Shown piece by piece: positions 57,772 through 64,000 of a stretch of DNA of 64,000 bases. The position numbers and the translations under genes were made by a program. Source of the stretch: Bdellovibrionota bacterium. GTDB taxonomy: Bacteria > Bdellovibrionota_C > UBA2361 > JBGSMV01. Each line of letters starts with the position of its first letter. The stretch's first letter is position 1. The notes below the pieces were generated by a model that was given only the letters and a program-made list of their open reading frames with translations, was not told where the DNA came from and did no database searches. The DNA is taken from positions 32,001 through 96,000 of the forward strand of contig JBGSMV010000029.1 of the NCBI GenBank assembly GCA_041739995.1. The letters are read 5' to 3'.

Positions 57772-59871
57772 ATGAAGTTGCATGTTTCTTTACTTGCGAA
57801 ATGTATTGAGCTTCCAAGCTCGGTCATCACTGAATTGCGTCATGTGCTTGACGATCTTGGGCTTGAGGTCAAAGACGTCGAGGGAGAAGGTGCGAGTGCT
57901 GTCTTTAATCTAGAGACCTTGGCGAACCGCGGTGATCACCTCTTTGCGCTCGGAGTCGCTCGTGAATTGTCGGCACGCTATCTATCGCCCATTAAACATC
58001 CCAGCATGGTGCCGGCATTTCAGGATTTAAAGCCGAGCCTGCCCGTGCGCAGATTGACTGAAGCCTGCTCGCGCTATGCACTGCTAGAAGTCGAGCTCCC
58101 CAAAAACATGGTAATTCGGCCTGATGTCAGAGCGATTATGTATGCGGCGGGCCAGTCGGGGGTGGCGGGAGAATCCAATAAACCAGCGATAGTGGACACC
58201 TTGAACTTCGTGCAGCTTGAGCTTGGGCAACCGATGCATGCCTTTGATCGGGAGAAGATTGACGGTGAAATTATAATTGAGCTCACTCAAGGCAAGGAGA
58301 CGATTGAAGCCCTCGATGGAAATTCATATCAGGTTCCCCCAGGCGCCATAATCATTAAAGATCGCAAGAAAATAGTCGCGGTAGCGGGAGTTATTGGCTG
58401 TTCCAATAGCATGGTCTCGTCTTCGACCACCCGAGTGTTGCTTGAGTCTGCTTGTTTTGACCCGGTGCATGTGCGTAAGACCGCTCGCGCTATGGGTTTA
58501 AGCACTGATGCGTCTTATGCCTTCGAGCGCGGCAGTGACGTGGAGATGGTGGTTCCCGCATTACGGCGAGTAGTTTTTCTTGCCGGCGGAGCTGGCGGCG
58601 CCATAAAGGAGGAAGCGGGAGCACATGTAATTGGCTTGACCATTGCTGATGCGCCACAGAAGGAGCGCCATAAGATCCCGCTTTCAATTAAAGAGATTCG
58701 AAATCAGATGAATCTGCCGCGCCTTTCGGACGTGGAGATTGTAACCAGGTTAAAACACCTTGGGTTTTTGATTGAACCTGGTGTCGCCGAGGGCGATCAG
58801 TTTGCGGTCGTTCCGTCCTGGCGTGTTTGGGACATTCGTAACGCGGAAGATATAGTCGAAGAAGTAGTGCGCTGTTTCGGACTCTCACGGGTGAAGCAGG
58901 AGCTTCCGCCACTGGCATACGAGGTGCCAGAGGCTCCTGCGCTTGAGCAGTTAGTGGCGAAGCTCGAGCCGCTTTTGCTTGGACAAGGGTTCTTTGAGGT
59001 GATGACCCGCAGCTACTACTCGGCCGAGGTAGCCGGGTACTTAGAGAAAGTAGCGGGGAAACGCCTTCCTACTCATGTGCGTATCAACAACGCACTGGAG
59101 AAGGGCTATTCCCATCTTAAGGTCACTAACCTGGTGCATTTGGCGGAGCTGGTTGAGGAAAATCAGAAACACGGAGTGCGCGGCAGCAGGGTCTTTGAAA
59201 TTGGGAGACTATTCTCTCCAGACTTTGCTGAGAAGGACGGCTACGCCTTTGAGCGTGAGGTGATTTCTCTCGCCTGCGCAGGTCGCTGGTCTGATAATGA
59301 ATGGCGTAAGCCTGAATCGCTTGAGCAGCGGGTGCAGCTTTTTCGCGGAGTGCTCGACGGTTTAGTCGGTGCGGTCGGACAAGGGGTTTCTGTTTCCGAG
59401 TCGGATGAGCCTCTGTTGCATCCAGGCGTGCAAGGTAGCTTGAAGTCGGGGAGAAGTATCTGCGGCCATTTCGGACTTATACATCCTGAGCTTGCCGCGT
59501 TGTTGGGTTTAAAACAGCCGGTGCTCTACGCCGAGCTTGAAGCCTCTGTGCTTGGGCGTGTCAGCGGGGAAAGAAGTTTCGAGCTACCGTCGGATTTTCC
59601 TTCAGTGAAACGTGACATCACCCTGAAAATTCCTTTGAGAGATCGCGTCGGACGAGTGGAGCGCCTCATCTCGGAAGCTAAACTTCAGAACCTTTTTGAA
59701 GTGTCTGTGGCGGATGACTTTAGAAAGGAAGGGGAAGAATTTCGACGTGCCACGTTCCGACTCGTTTTTCAGAGTCGCGAACGAACCCTTTCTCATCCGG
59801 AAGTTGATGCGGGAATGGAACAGCTACTGGCTAGCCTCAAAGAGAAGCATCAGCTTGAACTTGCCGTTTGA
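57772..59871 (+). CDS. pheT: Phenylalanyl-tRNA synthetase beta subunit (short form)
   Basis: NRGD…GVAREL, ELGQPMHAFD, TDASY.FERG, PSWR..DI…DIVEEV.R, C-terminal FDX-ACB domain. Confidence 0.95.
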   Translation: MKLHVSLLAKCIELPSSVITELRHVLDDLGLEVKDVEGEGASAVFNLETLANRGDHLFALGVARELSARYLSPIKHPSMVPAFQDLKPSLPVRRLTEACSRYALLEVELPKNMVIRPDVRAIMYAAGQSGVAGESNKPAIVDTLNFVQLELGQPMHAFDREKIDGEIIIELTQGKETIEALDGNSYQVPPGAIIIKDRKKIVAVAGVIGCSNSMVSSSTTRVLLESACFDPVHVRKTARAMGLSTDASYAFERGSDVEMVVPALRRVVFLAGGAGGAIKEEAGAHVIGLTIADAPQKERHKIPLSIKEIRNQMNLPRLSDVEIVTRLKHLGFLIEPGVAEGDQFAVVPSWRVWDIRNAEDIVEEVVRCFGLSRVKQELPPLAYEVPEAPALEQLVAKLEPLLLGQGFFEVMTRSYYSAEVAGYLEKVAGKRLPTHVRINNALEKGYSHLKVTNLVHLAELVEENQKHGVRGSRVFEIGRLFSPDFAEKDGYAFEREVISLACAGRWSDNEWRKPESLEQRVQLFRGVLDGLVGAVGQGVSVSESDEPLLHPGVQGSLKSGRSICGHFGLIHPELAALLGLKQPVLYAELEASVLGRVSGERSFELPSDFPSVKRDITLKIPLRDRVGRVERLISEAKLQNLFEVSVADDFRKEGEEFRRATFRLVFQSRERTLSHPEVDAGMEQLLASLKEKHQLELAV

Positions 59872-59923
59872 CGGACGCCTAAGAGAATAATCCTCTTAAC
59901 TAACCTGCTTTCATTACTATTTT

Positions 59924-60208
59924 ATGACGCATCAGGCAGTTCTGGTTCGTATAGTGGGGAGAGTCCAAGGGGTAGGCTATAGGAACTGGACCTGCGTGCG
60001 CGCTCGCGAGCTAAAGATTTGCGGGTGGGTCAGGAACTGTGCTGATGGTAGTGTGGAAGCTCTACTCTCAGGAAGCGAGACGGCAGTAAGTTGCTTGCTC
60101 GAGGAACTGAAGGTTGGGCCTCAGTACGCCGTGGTTGAGAGAGTTGAGCAGGCTCTAGCCACCGAGCCGTTTGATGAGAAGCGATTTGCGGTGCTTGAGA
60201 CTTGCTAG
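59924..60208 (+). CDS. acyP: Acylphosphatase
   Basis: GRVQGVGYR, GWVRN..DGSVE. Confidence 0.95.
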   Translation: MTHQAVLVRIVGRVQGVGYRNWTCVRARELKICGWVRNCADGSVEALLSGSETAVSCLLEELKVGPQYAVVERVEQALATEPFDEKRFAVLETC

Positions 60209-60362
60209 TGGCCTGGGATAAGAGTTCGGTGAATAATTGTCGCCGCGCTCGCTGAGCTCTTTGCGAATATATTTAGTGAATTACACAATGAGTCCAGCGA
60301 GAATGAGTCCAGCGAGAACAGCGAGGAAAAAACTTAGACGAACTTCTGACTCAGGACGCTAG
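60205..60362. mobile_element. MITE-like element, copy 4 (orientation B)
   Basis: CTAG at both ends, homologous to copy 2; internal 15-bp duplication aatgagtccagcgag; left CTAG contains the acyP stop codon. Confidence 0.85.
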
Positions 60363-60490
60363 GGATGCTTCCTGTGAGAGGATGTCGCCTTTTGATTGCG
60401 GTGGTCTTGTGCCACGTGACAGGATAATAGCCTAGTGGTGCAGTCGCCTGTAGTGGGAAGTGGGCCAGTTAAAGTGAGAGCGGAGGTAGT

Positions 60491-60988
60491 ATGGCAAAAG
60501 AAATAGTCACAGGAGATTCAGTCGTATCAATCCACTACACCTTGCGAGGTGAGGATAAGGAAGTGATTGATTCCTCCGACGGCGGAGAGCCGTTGGTGTA
60601 CCTTCACGGGCGTAGCCAAATTATTCCTGGGCTCGAACGTGAGCTCGACGGAAAGAAAGTGGGGGATGCGCTTAAAGTCGAAGTGGCCCCCGCTGAAGGC
60701 TATGGAGAATACGATGAGTCGCTAAAGATTAGCGTCGAGCGCGGCCAATTTCCCAAGGGTGCTGAAATCAAAGAAGGTTCAATGTTTGAGCTGGCCAATG
60801 ATGCCGGCGGTAGTCTGGTGGTGCGCGTGATTGGGGTGACTGACGAGAGTGTTGAAGTTGACGGTAATCACCCACTCGCAGGGCAGAAGCTATTCTTTGA
60901 GGTAAAGTTGGTAGATATACGGAAAGCGACGGCAGATGAAATTGAGCATGGCCATGCTCATGGGCCTGGTGGGCATCATCACGATTAG
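60491..60988 (+). CDS. slyD: FKBP-type peptidyl-prolyl isomerase SlyD
   Basis: YLHG..Q.IPGLE, DGNHPLAG, His-rich tail. Confidence 0.95.
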   Translation: MAKEIVTGDSVVSIHYTLRGEDKEVIDSSDGGEPLVYLHGRSQIIPGLERELDGKKVGDALKVEVAPAEGYGEYDESLKISVERGQFPKGAEIKEGSMFELANDAGGSLVVRVIGVTDESVEVDGNHPLAGQKLFFEVKLVDIRKATADEIEHGHAHGPGGHHHD

Positions 60989-61091
60989 CGACCGTCTCTC
61001 CGGAAGATTTGCCCGGGAAGTGTGACAGGAAAGGTTTTCTCGATCTTAGTGTTTAGACCCCGGGCTCAGGAATTTCATAACGTCGAGAGGT

Positions 61092-61826
61092 GTGATGCGG
61101 ATGTTCTCAAAAATGTTTTTCAGACCGAAAGGACCAAACGCTATCTTTTCCGAAGAAAAGTTCTCTGAAGGGAAGAGCTTTGGAGCGCTGCGTGCTTGTC
61201 CAGTTCTCGTAGGTGTCGGCCTTGCTGCTACCGGATTGCTTGGTTGCGGTATGGGCCCCGTGCCTACAAGCATGGTGGTGACACAGGTAGCCCCGCAGAG
61301 TCAGCCCACAGAGCTGGTGGCTGCGCCCGAAACATCCGATTCCAATGATCAAGCCGTGGCTGGAGACCTGGCTCTTCACTCCTATGAGGACTGTGTTGCT
61401 GCCGGCAACATGACCACTCGTTCAATTCCACCAAGATGCGTGACTAAGGGTGGAAAAAGTTTTGTGCGTGGGAAGGATTCTTTGCGTGTAACTAAGCCGC
61501 AGGGTGCGCAGACTGTAGTTGGGGCAAATCCGGCTGCTGCGAATCAGAGTACCATCGACACATTTGAAGATTGCGTGGCAGCAGGCTTTGCCATTCGCAG
61601 AACGTTGCCGCCAAGTTGCGCCGACGGTAAAGGGCGTGTCTTTACTGAAGGCATTCTTGGAGTCGCACGATATGAGGGATCTTCTGGTGCCCAAGCAGAA
61701 GCCGGCGGAAAACTCTGCAAGGATAATTGCGGAGACGGAAGCTGTCAGGAAATTGTGTGCATGGCGCTTGGGTGCCCTTGTCCAGAGACCGCTGACTCTT
61801 GTCCCTCAGACTGCTCCGGAGATTAG
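61092..61826 (+). CDS. Cys-rich lipoprotein with duplicated 'EDCVAAG' module
   Basis: LLGC lipobox; two [YF]EDCVAAG…PP.C…G..F units; C-terminal CGDG.C..IVC…CPC.ET..SCP.DC; start uncertain. Confidence 0.75.
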   Translation: MMRMFSKMFFRPKGPNAIFSEEKFSEGKSFGALRACPVLVGVGLAATGLLGCGMGPVPTSMVVTQVAPQSQPTELVAAPETSDSNDQAVAGDLALHSYEDCVAAGNMTTRSIPPRCVTKGGKSFVRGKDSLRVTKPQGAQTVVGANPAAANQSTIDTFEDCVAAGFAIRRTLPPSCADGKGRVFTEGILGVARYEGSSGAQAEAGGKLCKDNCGDGSCQEIVCMALGCPCPETADSCPSDCSGD

Positions 61827-61877
61827 TCTGCGGCGCGAGATCCGCGCCTGGACGGTTCTCTTAACTACAGAATCATC

Positions 61878-62660
61878 GTGAACTTCATATTTATCTTCAA
61901 GGCTGAATGCGTTTCGGGCGATGAGTGGCGACTACGTGGCGCGCGGGCAAAACGCGCACTCGAAGTACACCGACTTGAAGTTGGGCAAGTGCGCGCGCTG
62001 TTACTGGAGGGGCAGGGGCAAAGTGAAGCTGAAGTCCTGGCGGTCTCCAGTGAAGAAGTGAAATTTCGACTTTGTGCGCGAGCGACAGACTCGGCTGGAG
62101 AGGCGGCTATTGTAAAACCAAGCGCCTCAATTTTATCCGGAAGTGTGCGTTGTATCGTAGGGCTCGCGCGGCCTCAAACCTCTAAAAAGGTAATGGAATA
62201 CTGTGCGAGTGCGGGCTTTCAAGAGATTCATTTTGTCTCCACAGAAAGAGGAGAAAAAAGCTACGAATCGTCAAAAGTCTTTGAACCTGCGTCCATGAAT
62301 GAACAGCTGTTGCTGGGGGCGGAGCAAGGGGGAGTAGCTTTTCTTCCGCATGTTCAGGTGTGGAGTCACCTCAAGGTGCTATTTTCGGAGCATCTTCCAC
62401 CCACTGCTGAAACTTCAACGGAATTCCGACTTCTTGCGGATACTCAAGGCGCGACACCCAATGCTTGGAAGTCGGTCACTCCCGGCATAGACTCCCCGAT
62501 TTGGGCGGCAATTGGTCCCGAACCCGGATGGAGCGATGAAGAGCGTGAGCTCTTTCAGAATCGCGGATTTCTTTCGGTTTCTCTGGGTTCTTCGGTGCTA
62601 CGCGTGGAGCACGCTCTCGCCACGTTGACGGGGGCTCTATTTGCTCTCGAAAGGGCATAG
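61878..62660 (+). CDS. rsmE: 16S rRNA m3U1498 methyltransferase
   Basis: AEQ, IGPE.GWS..E, SLG..VLRVE.A motifs. Confidence 0.9.
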   Translation: MNFIFIFKAECVSGDEWRLRGARAKRALEVHRLEVGQVRALLLEGQGQSEAEVLAVSSEEVKFRLCARATDSAGEAAIVKPSASILSGSVRCIVGLARPQTSKKVMEYCASAGFQEIHFVSTERGEKSYESSKVFEPASMNEQLLLGAEQGGVAFLPHVQVWSHLKVLFSEHLPPTAETSTEFRLLADTQGATPNAWKSVTPGIDSPIWAAIGPEPGWSDEERELFQNRGFLSVSLGSSVLRVEHALATLTGALFALERA

Positions 62661-62784
62661 CCCTCGCCCGTCGTCTTGCCGTTCTTGCTCCGCAAAGGTT
62701 CCGCTCAAGTTTTTCTGCCGGTGTTGCCGATTACTTCTCTGTCGAGGGGTGCGCCATTTACTCTAGTAGCTAAGGGTTTTTCGT

Positions 62785-63366
62785 ATGGCAAAAGCGGAAG
62801 AGGCAAAGAAAGAGGCAGGGGCTGAAGCTCCAAAGAAAAAGGGCAACAAGATGGTGCTTATCATCGTCGTTGCGCTTGTGGTCTTGCTTTTGGGTGGAGG
62901 CGGAATTGCCTTTGCGCTTATGAGCGGCGGAAAGGAAGAATCTCATGAAGACAAGGTAGTGGTACCCGTTCTTAAGGTCGCGAAGCTTGACTCCTTCATG
63001 GTGAACCTAGGAGATCCTAGTGCGTTTATTAAAGCCACGATTCTGCTCGAGTACGATCAAAATGTACTCGACAAAATTCTTCAGGGGCAGGGTTCTGGCG
63101 GTGGGCATGGATATGGTGGTGGTGCAGCAGGTGGTGGGGCTCCCGATCCCACGGCCCTTCCTGGATTGATGCAGGGTCGAGAGCCTATGATGCGTGACGC
63201 TATCATTCGAGTGTTCGCTTCTAAAAAAGCGCTTGAGGTGCTTTCGCCTGATGGGAAGGATCAGCTGAAAGAGGAAATTACAGAATCCGTGAATGAAGCG
63301 CTTGGATTCGATGAGCCACTTGTGACAGGCGTTTACTTCACCGAGTTCATAATCCAGCAAGGGTAA
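62785..63366 (+). CDS. fliL: Flagellar basal body-associated protein FliL
   Basis: N-terminal TM, F.VNL, RDAII, GK..LK.EI…N, VYFTEFIIQ. Confidence 0.92.
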   Translation: MAKAEEAKKEAGAEAPKKKGNKMVLIIVVALVVLLLGGGGIAFALMSGGKEESHEDKVVVPVLKVAKLDSFMVNLGDPSAFIKATILLEYDQNVLDKILQGQGSGGGHGYGGGAAGGGAPDPTALPGLMQGREPMMRDAIIRVFASKKALEVLSPDGKDQLKEEITESVNEALGFDEPLVTGVYFTEFIIQQG

Positions 63367-63465
63367 TGTTTCTTAACGCGCTCGTTGACCTTGCTGGTTC
63401 GCGTGTGCCCTTACCATAGAGTTATCGGCCATTGAGTTTATTACTAGGTCCCACGAGAGGTTAAG

Positions 63466-64000
63466 ATGTACTTTCTTCGGGTGCTTTCCACAGGGTTGTT
63501 AATTGTCCTTCTGCTTGCATTGGCAGGGGTAGTTTCTCCGACACATAACACAGGACCATATCCGCTGATAACCGAGCTTGCGCAGGTCCCGGGCCTGACG
63601 CTCGATCAGTACTCGGTTGCGGGTTCCACCGCGAAGGAAATTCGAGCGGAGTTAGACTGGCTAGGGCCGAAAGACCCCTCGGGTGCTCCGCGTGATGCCT
63701 ATACTGAGTGGAAGGTGTCTTGGCGGTGGCCGGATGGCGAGCGCGGTCCCGACTTCTCAAGAACGCAAGTCGAGCGCAAAGTACGCATTACTCTGCCTCG
63801 ATGGGAGGGAGTGCAATATGCCTCACCAGGATTGAGGGCTCAGTGGAATGATTATATGACGGCGCTCGTTACGCATGAGCGCAATCATTTAGAGCTTGTT
63901 GACAGTGGATATCAAGAAATTCCTCAAAAAATTTCAGACGCATATAAGGCTAATCCTGAGCTTTCGATCGCAGAAGCTCATCAGCTCGCAGGCGAAGTTC
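63466..64000 (+). CDS. DUF922-family putative zinc protease (truncated by window end)
   Basis: My translation from ATG 63466: Y.V.G.T..E..A.L..LGP, AYT.W, ITLPRW, W..Y..AL..HERNH; absent from the ORF track because it has no stop in the window. Confidence 0.8.
   Translation, partial: MYFLRVLSTGLLIVLLLALAGVVSPTHNTGPYPLITELAQVPGLTLDQYSVAGSTAKEIRAELDWLGPKDPSGAPRDAYTEWKVSWRWPDGERGPDFSRTQVERKVRITLPRWEGVQYASPGLRAQWNDYMTALVTHERNHLELVDSGYQEIPQKISDAYKANPELSIAEAHQLAGEV

Noticed and set aside
62705..62733. Sigma-28-like promoter before fliL (TCAAG…GCCGATTA)
   Set aside because: The -10 match is good but the spacing is 1-2 bp longer than consensus; not supportable.

Overview
A chromosomal, mostly housekeeping window from a Gram-negative, flagellated bacterium. 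A Bdellovibrionota/deltaproteobacteria-like lineage is only a guess from gene content. Recognisable genes include fabD, yciH, an M16 peptidase pair, mutM, rplM-rpsI, wzm/wzt, lptF/lptG, rpsU, two tRNA-Gly genes, folP, pheS/pheT, acyP, slyD, rsmE and fliL, along with many secreted or lipoprotein hypotheticals. The standout is a translationally coupled three-gene operon at 15867-21681: a stand-alone group II-like reverse transcriptase with an FGDD active site, a ~12-TM membrane protein with a soluble C-terminal domain, and a membrane-anchored protein with two PLD-like motifs. A candidate structured RNA lies upstream of the operon. The operon and a divergent ABC exporter sit between two inverted copies of a ~143-bp CTAG-bounded MITE, which occurs four times in the window. 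Other oddities are a Wzt-glycosyltransferase fusion, a bS21 with a long Gly/Arg/Asp-rich extension, a CADD-type candidate pABA synthase, tRNA-linked palindromic repeats and recurrent 13-16 bp tandem duplications. No database searches were possible, so all novelty statements are hypotheses.
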